Source of the DNA: Gammaproteobacteria bacterium
GTDB taxonomy: Bacteria; Pseudomonadota; Gammaproteobacteria; Steroidobacterales; Steroidobacteraceae
Assembly (NCBI GenBank): GCA_016707425.1
Contig: JADJHU010000018.1
Location: forward strand, 11,980-75,979
DNA: 64,000 nt
Direction: 5' to 3'
Below, in pieces: positions 1 through 8,093 of this stretch. Below the pieces are notes generated by a model. It was not told the DNA's origin and did not search any database. It saw nothing but the letters and a program-made list of their open reading frames with translations. How positions within the stretch are numbered: the first letter of the stretch is position 1; every line of letters begins with the position of its first letter. Made by a program: the position numbers and the translations under genes.

Positions 1-572
1 TGCGGGCCACCGCGCTGCGAGAGGCGTTCCGCGCCCGTTTCCAGCATGAGGCCCATGGACACCGACACGGTGCGCAGCCGCGCGAGGTCCTCGCGCGTCA
101 TGACGCCTGGATTCAGATGCGGCAGCAGCCCGGTCTCTTCGAAGACCCGCCGTGCAACGGCGGCGACGTACTCGAGGGTGCTCCCGTACCCGAGTTCGGC
201 CAGCGCGCGGCGCGCCGCAGAATAGCGCAGCTCCGGTTTGTCCCCGAGGGTGAAGAGCGCCTCCTTGCAGCCTGCCGCGGCTCCCGCGCGGGCGATCTCG
301 AGCACTTCGTCAGGCGTGAGGTAGGCGGCGCGAAGCGAGCGCGGCGCCTTCGCGAAGGTGCAGTAATGACAGACGTCGCGACAGAGCTGGGTGAGCGGAA
401 TGAAGACCTTGCGCGAATAGCTCACCGTGCGGCCGTGGCCTTCGAGGGTGAGCTCCTCGGCCGCCGTGAGCAGGGGTCGCAGATCCCCGGTGTCTGCGAG
501 CGAGAGCGCTTGAGCCTCGCCCAGGCGCACGCCGGCGCGTGCCTTCGTCATTGCATCTTGCGCAGTGGACAT
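1..572 (-). CDS. cofG: FO synthase subunit CofG (FbiC N-terminal type radical SAM enzyme), 3' end cut by window edge
   Basis: Not in the ORF track because it runs off the left edge. My minus-strand translation from the ATG at 572-570 gives [21 protein letters not shown]...[32 protein letters not shown]...[12 protein letters not shown].... The CxxxCxxC radical-SAM triad sits in the KVFIPLT-LCRD-C-YC context typical of CofG. There is a 3-nt gap after the cofC stop. Confidence 0.8.
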   Translation of the reverse strand, partial: MSTAQDAMTKARAGVRLGEAQALSLADTGDLRPLLTAAEELTLEGHGRTVSYSRKVFIPLTQLCRDVCHYCTFAKAPRSLRAAYLTPDEVLEIARAGAAAGCKEALFTLGDKPELRYSAARRALAELGYGSTLEYVAAVARRVFEETGLLPHLNPGVMTREDLARLRTVSVSMGLMLETGAERLSQRGGP

Positions 573-575
573 CCT

Positions 576-1259
576 TCAGGTTCCTGTGGCGCACTCCAGA
601 GCGAAGCGATTCCCGGTCAGCCTGCGCAGCCGGGCGAGATCCTCGGGCTCGTCCACGTCGAATGCGAGCCCCGGCTGCCGTACGACGGCGGCCTTTCGCC
701 CGAGCGCTGCCGCCTCGGCCAGATGCTTCGCGAAGCTGTCTGCTCCGAACTGGAAGCGAAAATTCGCCGGCAAAGTGAAGCATAGCGCATTCGTGCCGCA
801 TTCGCGCCGGTCAGGCGCAATGGCAAATCCGCCTGGAAGGCTTGCTGTAATGAGCGCACTGATCTCGGCCGGCTCGACGCAGGGAAGGTCTGCAGGCAGC
901 ACGAGGAGCCGTCGCCCGCCGCGCGCCGAGATCTGCTGTGCCGCCCGGGCAATCGTCTCGTTGATATCCTGGGCGCTGTCGGTGAGCCCCAGTACGCCGG
1001 CGGGCAGGAAGGCCGGGTCGGGTGTTACCACGGCGATATGCCCGATCTCAGGGGTACTGCGGAGCGCCCCGAGCACCTGTGCGAACAGGCTCCGCACCAG
1101 GTGCGCGCGCCCGGCTGCGTCCAGCACCGGGGCCAGCCGGCGCTTGCCGGTGCCTGGCATCTTCAGGGGCACGAGTGCCCAGCAGTCGCCGCCCGTGCCT
1201 TCCCCGGTCTCCATGGGCGGCAGTGTAGTGGCTTCGGCCGGCGCTTTGCATGACCACAC
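576..1259 (-). CDS. cofC: 2-phospho-L-lactate / PEP guanylyltransferase CofC (FbiD)
   Basis: Track ORF of 227 aa. WALVPLK...GKRRLAPVL, LLVLPADLP and GTNAL blocks are typical of CofC. It lies directly upstream of cofG. The track start is a GTG at 1259; an ATG at 1214 (METGEG...) is an equally plausible start. Confidence 0.8.
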   Translation of the reverse strand: MWSCKAPAEATTLPPMETGEGTGGDCWALVPLKMPGTGKRRLAPVLDAAGRAHLVRSLFAQVLGALRSTPEIGHIAVVTPDPAFLPAGVLGLTDSAQDINETIARAAQQISARGGRRLLVLPADLPCVEPAEISALITASLPGGFAIAPDRRECGTNALCFTLPANFRFQFGADSFAKHLAEAAALGRKAAVVRQPGLAFDVDEPEDLARLRRLTGNRFALECATGT

Positions 1260-1321
1260 GGAAATGGCCGCGATGCGCTATCTTTCCGCCGCGAACGATC
1301 TCGCGGGGGTCTCAGGAGCGG

Positions 1322-2233
1322 ATGGACATGGTTCAGGTAGCGATCGGCCTATACGGTCTGCAGCGTTGGTATGACGGCGATTTCGCCCCGGTCGTAGGGC
1401 TGGCGCGTTCCGCCGAGGAGGCCGGCGTCGACCAGGTGAGCATCACCGATCACGTGGTCATGGGTGAGAACCTGGACAAGTATCCCTATGGGCCGTTTCC
1501 GGCCCCGCTCGACTTCCCCTGGTTCGAGCCGCTCACCGTGCTCGCAGCGATCGCGGGCGGCACCAGCCGGGTCCGGCTGTCCGCCGGCGTACTGATCGCG
1601 CCGCTGCGCCCGGCGGTGTTGCTGGCCAAGCAGCTCGCGACGCTCGATGTGATGTCGCGCGGCCGCGTGAGCATCGGCCTCGGGCTCGGCTGGCAGAAGG
1701 AAGAGTACGACGCCGCAGGCGTGCCCTGGGAGGGCCGGTATGTGCGCCTCGAGGAGCAGGTGCGTGTCTGCAGGCTCCTCTGGTCCCAGGCTCCGGCAAG
1801 CTTTCAGGGCGAAACGGTGCGCTTCGAGCGCATTCACGCCTGGCCGCGTCCCGTGCAGCCCGGCGGCGTACCGATGTGGTTCGGGCTCGCGCCGAGCGAT
1901 CGCAACGTCGAGCGCATCGCCGAGCTCGGCGATGGCTGGATCCCGATGGAGCAGCGGCCAGACAAGCTCACGGGTCACATTGCACGGCTGCGCAAGGCCT
2001 TTGCCGCACGCGGTCGCGATCCCCAGAGTCTCGCCGTGCGCGTCGTGCTGCGCACCGTGTTCCGCGCCGACGGCAGCCCTGATCTCGAGGCAACGCTCTC
2101 GGCGGTTCCCGCGCTCGTGCACGCGGGTGTCACCATGGTTGAGGTGCTGCCACTGGTCTTCTGCCGAGGCCCGCAGGATTTCGACGCCTTCTGCAGGCGC
2201 CTGGCGGCCGTGAAGCGCGGGGCGGCGGCGTGA
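1322..2233 (+). CDS. Luciferase-like (LLM) oxidoreductase, probably F420-dependent
   Basis: Track ORF 1250..2233. I trimmed the start to MDMVQVAIG, with an AGGAG 4 nt upstream of ATG 1322. ITDHVVMGE, LAKQLATLDVMSRGRVSIGLGLGW and IAELGDGWIP are LLM hallmarks. It is divergent from cofC/cofG. Confidence 0.8.
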   Translation: MDMVQVAIGLYGLQRWYDGDFAPVVGLARSAEEAGVDQVSITDHVVMGENLDKYPYGPFPAPLDFPWFEPLTVLAAIAGGTSRVRLSAGVLIAPLRPAVLLAKQLATLDVMSRGRVSIGLGLGWQKEEYDAAGVPWEGRYVRLEEQVRVCRLLWSQAPASFQGETVRFERIHAWPRPVQPGGVPMWFGLAPSDRNVERIAELGDGWIPMEQRPDKLTGHIARLRKAFAARGRDPQSLAVRVVLRTVFRADGSPDLEATLSAVPALVHAGVTMVEVLPLVFCRGPQDFDAFCRRLAAVKRGAAA

Positions 2234-2679
2234 GCGCGGCCGCTGCCGGCACGCTCGCCGACGAGTGGGCGCTGCGCCGCCTCGTGCAGCTGTATGCGCG
2301 CGCGGTGGATCGTAACGATCCGGAGCTCTTCGTCTCGCTGTTCGTCGAGGATGCCGTGCTCGAAGGCCCGCAGTTTCACGTTGCCGGCCATGAGCAGATC
2401 CGGCTCGTGCCGGGCGATCTCGTGCAGAAGTTTCGCGCCACCATGCACTGCGTGTTCAACCAGACGGTGAACATCGCCGGTGATTCGGCGGACGGCGAGA
2501 CCTACTGTATTGCCTACCACCGCATCGAGGACGAGGGTGGGCGCCCGATGACACTCGACTGGGCGATCCGCTACCAGGATCGCTTCCTGCGGCGGGGGGG
2601 AGAGTGGCGGATTGCTTACCGCCGTCTCGTGGTCGAATGGACACGCACGGGACCGGTGGAGCTGCTGGAAAATCTTTAG
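2230..2679 (+). CDS. NTF2/SnoaL-like family protein
   Basis: 149 aa. The LRRLVQLYARAVDRNDPELFVSLFVEDAVLEG pattern is typical of SnoaL_4-type proteins. A GTGA overlap joins it to the upstream LLM stop. Confidence 0.7.
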   Translation: MSAAAAGTLADEWALRRLVQLYARAVDRNDPELFVSLFVEDAVLEGPQFHVAGHEQIRLVPGDLVQKFRATMHCVFNQTVNIAGDSADGETYCIAYHRIEDEGGRPMTLDWAIRYQDRFLRRGGEWRIAYRRLVVEWTRTGPVELLENL

Positions 2680-2743
2680 GCACATGGACTGGGAGAGATG
2701 CCTTGGTTCAAGGCATCTTCGCCGTTGACTGCCCCGCACACGC

Positions 2744-4201
2744 TCACTCGAGCGTGTCTGCCAGGCGCGCCGTCCGCAGGGCTTGACGGCGGACTTTGCC
2801 AGCGTCGTCGCGGAGCGGTTCGCGGACGAACTCGAGTGATCTCGGGAGTTTGTATGGAGCGAGCCGCTCTGCTAGGTATGCACGAAGCGCTGCCTTGTCT
2901 GGCTCGGTTTGATCGGCGATGTCGATGATCGCGTGCACACGTTGACCGAGATCCTGGTCCGGAAGGCCGATCACGGCGGAGGAACGCACTAATGGATGGC
3001 TGTCGAGTGCAGCTTCCACCTCCGCTGGATAGACATTTACGCCTCCGGAGAGGATGAGATCTGTTCGTCGGTCGACAAGATAGAGGTACCGATCCTCATC
3101 AAAGTACCCCAGATCCCCTAAGCTTTCCCACTCGCCCAGGACTTTTCCCTCAGCTCCGATATATCGGTACGTCGAACCGACGCCGCCCGGTGCCCGGAAA
3201 TAGATCTCGCCGATTTCCCTTGGGGGCAGTTCCCGCCCTGCATCATCGAGGATTCTGATGCCGTAACCCTGGGGCGATCGGCCGACCGAGCCCGGTCGCT
3301 GCAGCGCTTCATCGCCCCAGATCATCGTCCCGCCCATGTGTTCGGTACCGCCGTAGGCTTCGAGAACCCGTTGGGGCCCGAGCCAGTCGATCCAGGCTTC
3401 CTTGAGCCACACGGGGAAAGGTGCACCGGTGCTCATGGTGACGTTCAATGAGGAAAGGTCGCTGGCGCTTCGCTGTGCTTCGGGCAGGCGCCAGATCCGA
3501 TGCACCATCGTGGGAACCAGAAAGACCCAATCCACGCGGTGACGCTCGATAAGCGTCAGAGCCTCCCATGCGTCAAAGCGCTGCATCAGAACGATGGTTG
3601 CTCCCGTGAAGAGCCCGTACATGGAAAAGATGAACGGGCCTTGGTGGTACAGTGGCCCCGGAACGAGCTGCGTGCCATCGACTCTCATGCCGTGGGGTGG
3701 GTCGAGTGGGTCGTACTCGGCGGCAGCAGTCGCCACGATGATTTTGGGGCGACCCGTGCTCCCGCCAGAGGTCATTGCCTTCCATGATTGCGCCGTCTGG
3801 ATGCCTATGAGCGGCGAGTCGTCCACCGATGGATTGGGCTCCCAGTCTAGCTGCAGGTTCGGATACGGGCTTTTTTCCATGCCCACCAGCAATGCCGGAT
3901 GAGCAAGGTCGATGATGGCATTCCGCTCGAGGGCGGGCAGTCGATGCGAGATGGGCATCGGCGTGGCACCTGCCTTTAGGGCTCCAAAGATCGCGACGTA
4001 GAATGCGATGGTGTTCGGAAGCGCAATTGTCACGAAGTCGCCCGGTTCTACTCCCATATCGATGAAGACCCGGGCTGCACGATTCGATGCTCGCTCGAGC
4101 TCCATGCGCGTCATCGTCCGCTCTCCGCAGATCAATGCCACTCGAGCAGGGTCGCGCGCCGCGTGGAAGGCAAGGATTCTCGCCATGGGCAATGCAGCCA
4201 T
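2744..4201 (-). CDS. AMP-dependent acyl-CoA synthetase/ligase
   Basis: 485 aa. AMP-binding motif MTSGGSTGRPK, plus YGGTE and GDLGYFDEDRYLYLVDR core motifs. Confidence 0.85.
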   Translation of the reverse strand: MAALPMARILAFHAARDPARVALICGERTMTRMELERASNRAARVFIDMGVEPGDFVTIALPNTIAFYVAIFGALKAGATPMPISHRLPALERNAIIDLAHPALLVGMEKSPYPNLQLDWEPNPSVDDSPLIGIQTAQSWKAMTSGGSTGRPKIIVATAAAEYDPLDPPHGMRVDGTQLVPGPLYHQGPFIFSMYGLFTGATIVLMQRFDAWEALTLIERHRVDWVFLVPTMVHRIWRLPEAQRSASDLSSLNVTMSTGAPFPVWLKEAWIDWLGPQRVLEAYGGTEHMGGTMIWGDEALQRPGSVGRSPQGYGIRILDDAGRELPPREIGEIYFRAPGGVGSTYRYIGAEGKVLGEWESLGDLGYFDEDRYLYLVDRRTDLILSGGVNVYPAEVEAALDSHPLVRSSAVIGLPDQDLGQRVHAIIDIADQTEPDKAALRAYLAERLAPYKLPRSLEFVREPLRDDAGKVRRQALRTARLADTLE

Positions 4202-4444
4202 GATCGGACTGATCTCTACCGGTCAGCTTGGAACGACGGATGAACGTGACAGTGGTCCTGATCGCCGTCAACTAGTGGTTTGCTCGAGAGCCGTGTAGGC
4301 ACGAGCAGAGAACGACGGGCGCACGTCGGAGTCGGACGCCGCACCCCGAGGTGCCACGAGCGGCCGCCGACCGGTTGGCATCCCTCTGGCCCAACACGCT
4401 GCGGGAGGAGCATCAAATCCTGTGCCCCTGTAGATTGACGTGCA

Positions 4445-4888
4445 TCATGACTGGTGCTGCAGCTCGATCCAATTTCCTTCTGGATCCTCGATTGCTGCGA
4501 TCGTGACCGATGCGGCAAATATCTTCGGTCGCATTGCCACTTTATGGCCAGCCGCATCGCAACGCGCGACAAGGCCAGCAAGGTCCTTTACGTGAACCGT
4601 CAGGTAGCGCAGGCCGGCTGCGTTTCCGCGCAGCCCTCCGCGCACTACTGACACGCCCGGTTCCGACTCTCTTTGAATCAACTTGATGGCACTGCAGCCT
4701 GCACGGAGAAAAATAATCTTCCCAACCCTCGGCAAATGCATGCGACCACTTATGTCGAGTCCGAGAATGTTCGTGTAGAAAGCGAGAGACTGCTCGAGGT
4801 TTCCCACCACGAGGCCGACGTCAATGCCTGATTCATCGACGACCAAGTTGATACCACACGAGACTGGAATGAGCTCCCACGCTGCCAT
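4445..4888 (-). CDS. VOC (glyoxalase/bleomycin-resistance/dioxygenase) family protein
   Basis: 147 aa. LEQSLAFYTNILGL and IEDPEGNWIEL are typical VOC beta-alpha-beta-beta-beta module signatures. Confidence 0.7.
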   Translation of the reverse strand: MAAWELIPVSCGINLVVDESGIDVGLVVGNLEQSLAFYTNILGLDISGRMHLPRVGKIIFLRAGCSAIKLIQRESEPGVSVVRGGLRGNAAGLRYLTVHVKDLAGLVARCDAAGHKVAMRPKIFAASVTIAAIEDPEGNWIELQHQS

Positions 4889-5084
4889 GGCGTTCCCCGG
4901 GGTGTCAACAGCGATGGGGAGCGATGGGTATTGTCCACCATGAGCATTTGCTCACCCAGACCCGGCTTTGTCGCCTCGATCCTTCGTGATGTCTAGTTAG
5001 TTCTGACGAGGCGACGATGCGTGGGTATGCGTATGGTTTCAGCCGTTTCGTTTCCGAATACCGAGAGCAACCCAGGGGAGATTT

Positions 5085-7397
5085 ATGGATGCACGACGGG
5101 CGAATTCGGCCCTGATCAGGGGCGCGTTGGCCGCTATCGTCATGGTGGGGACGTGTGGCAGGGCGGACGCACAGGCGGCTGGGGCGCAGGCAACTACGAT
5201 GCAGCTGCAGGAAGTGACGGTTACCGCCCGGCGCCAGGAGGAGTCGCTCCAGGAAACGCCTGTCTCTGTCACCGCAGTCACGGGTGCACTTCTCGATAAG
5301 CTCAATATCCAGGACGTCACCCGGGTTTCGGAGCTCGCGCCAAATCTGCTGATTGCTCACCAGCCGTCAAGCACGACAGCGACCACCATCAGCCTTCGCG
5401 GCATCACGCAGAGCGAACCTGCGGCAACTGCTGAGCAGGGTGTCGGACTCTATCTGGACGGCGTCTATATCGCACGCACGGCGGGCGCGGTGTTCGATCT
5501 GGTGGATCTCGAACGCATCGAGGTGCTCCGTGGTCCCCAGGGCACTCTCTTCGGGCGTAACACCACCGGTGGCGCGGTGCAGCTCATTTCGAAGAAGCCA
5601 GGCGATCAGTTCGGCATTGAGGAGAAGCTCAGCTACGGGCGTTTCAGCGACTGGTACACCCGTACGCGACTCGACACGGGCTTTATCTTCGGCTCGCCCT
5701 TGAAGGCGACCGCGGCCTATTTGCACCGTGAGCGCAAGGGGTACGTTGATAATACCCTCGCACCATCCGATAGCGATCCGGGTTCTTTCGACAACAATGC
5801 TCTGTGGCTGGCGCTCAGTGCGGACGTTGCCGACCGCTTCCGCGCTTCATTCACGCTCGACTGGAACCGACGCAACGGCACGCCAACCTTCTTTCAGCTC
5901 ACTGCAGCGTCTGCGGATGTGGCTGCCTACTATGGCCGCTCTCCAGCTCTGGGCGGAGCCCCTTTCACCGTGAGCCGTGAGTTTCTGCGCACGGTCCAGC
6001 AGGCACCCTTCGATGGACGCTTCAACAGCAAGTCCGAGACTCTCGGCTACAACCTATCGCTCGAGGCGGACATCAACGATGGGCTGACGCTGAAATCGAT
6101 CAGCTCATACCGCTCCTTTGACCAGGATACGCTCTGCAGCCTCTCGGGTAACGGCGTGATGCGCGGTGTGACGGTGGATCCGGTGACGTATGCCTTTGCC
6201 GGTATCCAGGATCTGTATGGGCCGTACAGCTGCCGCAATGCGCCACAGCGTCAGTTTCAGTATTCCGAGGAGCTTCAGGCGCTCGGTCATGCGGGGCAAT
6301 GGAGCTATGTCGCTGGAGCGTTCTATTTCTTCGAGCGTTCCGCAGAGTTTAACCACCAGCGCCTGACGTATGTGCTGCCCGGTGGAGTCGCCGCGATGAA
6401 CCTTACGCCGTACCAGGCCTTCGGCGGCGAGACGGAGTCCGTGGCCGGCTTCGGGCAGCTGAGCTACCGCCCGGCAGTGCTTGACGAGAAGCTCGAACTC
6501 ACGGCAGGCCTACGCTATACCCAAGACAAGAAGAAGTTCTGGTCCTCGCTCTTCTCTGCGCAGGGCAACAAGGACTTCTCCAACACCAACTGGCTGACCT
6601 CGGTGAATTACAGGCTTACAAGTGACATCATGGGTTTTGCGCGCGTCTCCACGGGCTACAAGGCGGGTGGCTTTTCGCCTCGCTCGAACCAGCTCGTGCC
6701 CTTCAAGCCCGAGAAGGCGACGGCCTATGAGCTTGGACTCAAGGCCGAATGGTTCGACCGGCGGCTGCGCACGAATCTCTCGCTCTTCCAGACGAACTAC
6801 GAAGACCTGCAGGTGCAGCAGTTTCTCTCGGGTACTCGAGGAGCGAGCACGGTTACGGCAAATGCCGCAGACGCAACGATCAAAGGGTTTGAGCTTGAAA
6901 CTGTCGCGCTCCTGGCCGAAGGGCTCACGGTGGATGCTTCGTTCGGCTATCTGGATCCGAGTTACGATGAGTATCTGTTCAGAAACCCGGTAACCGATCA
7001 GGTGACCAATGTCGGTTCCTCCGCCCGCTTCCCCCATGCCGCAAAGGAGACGTTGCACGTGGGTGCGGAGTACGCATTCAAGCTTTTCAGTATCGGCCAG
7101 CTTTCGATGCGTCTCGACTGGTTCGATCGCAGCGAACGCTACTTCGGCGGACTCGATGTCATCAATCCCTTCAACGAACTGGTAAAGGATCCGGGCACGC
7201 AGAACCTGCGGGCCCGTATTGCACTCTCCCAGCTGCCTCTTGGCAGTAAGGGATCGTGGGAAGTCGCGCTCTGGGGCGACAATCTTACTAACCATGACAA
7301 CGTTGGCTACGGCATTGACTTCGGTGGCTTGGGCTTCGGTGGGCTATTCTTTACTGAGCCGCGCCGCGACGGGATCGATGTGTCGATGAAGTTGTGA
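5085..7397 (+). CDS. TonB-dependent receptor (TBDR1)
   Basis: 770 aa. Signal peptide, TonB-box/plug region LQEVTVTARRQEESLQETPVSVTAV, ERIEVLRGPQGTLFGRNT, and a beta-barrel C-terminus. Confidence 0.9.
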   Translation: MDARRANSALIRGALAAIVMVGTCGRADAQAAGAQATTMQLQEVTVTARRQEESLQETPVSVTAVTGALLDKLNIQDVTRVSELAPNLLIAHQPSSTTATTISLRGITQSEPAATAEQGVGLYLDGVYIARTAGAVFDLVDLERIEVLRGPQGTLFGRNTTGGAVQLISKKPGDQFGIEEKLSYGRFSDWYTRTRLDTGFIFGSPLKATAAYLHRERKGYVDNTLAPSDSDPGSFDNNALWLALSADVADRFRASFTLDWNRRNGTPTFFQLTAASADVAAYYGRSPALGGAPFTVSREFLRTVQQAPFDGRFNSKSETLGYNLSLEADINDGLTLKSISSYRSFDQDTLCSLSGNGVMRGVTVDPVTYAFAGIQDLYGPYSCRNAPQRQFQYSEELQALGHAGQWSYVAGAFYFFERSAEFNHQRLTYVLPGGVAAMNLTPYQAFGGETESVAGFGQLSYRPAVLDEKLELTAGLRYTQDKKKFWSSLFSAQGNKDFSNTNWLTSVNYRLTSDIMGFARVSTGYKAGGFSPRSNQLVPFKPEKATAYELGLKAEWFDRRLRTNLSLFQTNYEDLQVQQFLSGTRGASTVTANAADATIKGFELETVALLAEGLTVDASFGYLDPSYDEYLFRNPVTDQVTNVGSSARFPHAAKETLHVGAEYAFKLFSIGQLSMRLDWFDRSERYFGGLDVINPFNELVKDPGTQNLRARIALSQLPLGSKGSWEVALWGDNLTNHDNVGYGIDFGGLGFGGLFFTEPRRDGIDVSMKL

Positions 7398-8070
7398 AGA
7401 GCAGTACCTGCAGCGCCGGCGCATTTCCCGCGCGCTGCCCGGCCCGCTCGGCGTCCTCGTACGGCGGCACGGCCTGTGGCGCGAGATGGACGGCCCCGGT
7501 CGTGGCGATCGGTGGGTGACCGACCCGCCGTGCGAGATCCTCCGGTGTGAAGAAGCGCGCGGTGGACCAGGGCGCTTCGCCCTGGTCGGCGAGATGGCGA
7601 TACAGGGCCGCCCATGGACTGAGCGCGTGCAACAGCCCGACGGCGAGCCACCCTCCGGGCCGCGTGATCCGCAGTGCTTCGCGCAGGGCGGCATCGGGGT
7701 CGCGCACGAACTCCAGCGTCGCGAAGAACAGCACGCCATCCGCAACATCGTCTTCGAATGGCAGCGCCTCGGCGACCGCAGCAGACCATTCGATCGGCAG
7801 GCCGGCCGAACGTGGCTGACCCGCCGCGCGCATGGCGACGGACGGCTCCACCGCGATCATCCGGAATCCGCGGCCGGCAAGGTGTCGGCTGACATGACCG
7901 GTGCCCGCACCGACCTCGATGACGGAGCCGTTGCCAGGTGCGGGGAGGAGTTCGTCGAGGGCGGCCATCTCCGCCTGGTCGATGTATGCACCGAGGGCAG
8001 TGTCGAACCAGTGTTCGTAGGCTGGCGCGAGTGCCGCAAAGGGATCGTTCACAGCGGGTTGTCTGGTCAT
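7351..8070 (-). CDS. Class I SAM-dependent methyltransferase
   Basis: 239 aa. SAM motif I VIEVGAGTGHVS, followed by an acidic loop (IAVEPS). It starts 23 nt downstream of the dnaE2 stop on the same strand. Confidence 0.8.
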   Translation of the reverse strand: MTRQPAVNDPFAALAPAYEHWFDTALGAYIDQAEMAALDELLPAPGNGSVIEVGAGTGHVSRHLAGRGFRMIAVEPSVAMRAAGQPRSAGLPIEWSAAVAEALPFEDDVADGVLFFATLEFVRDPDAALREALRITRPGGWLAVGLLHALSPWAALYRHLADQGEAPWSTARFFTPEDLARRVGHPPIATTGAVHLAPQAVPPYEDAERAGQRAGNAPALQVLLFTTSSTHRSRRGAAQ

Positions 8071-8093
8071 TCCGGTTTCCGCAAGGGGCGCAG

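Noticed and set aside
4889-5084. Possible riboswitch (for example cobalamin) in the leader of TBDR1, and similarly upstream of the other TBDRs
   Set aside because: I could not recognise a B12-box or any other conserved riboswitch core. The leaders of TBDR2 and TBDR3 are too short (22 and 68 nt).
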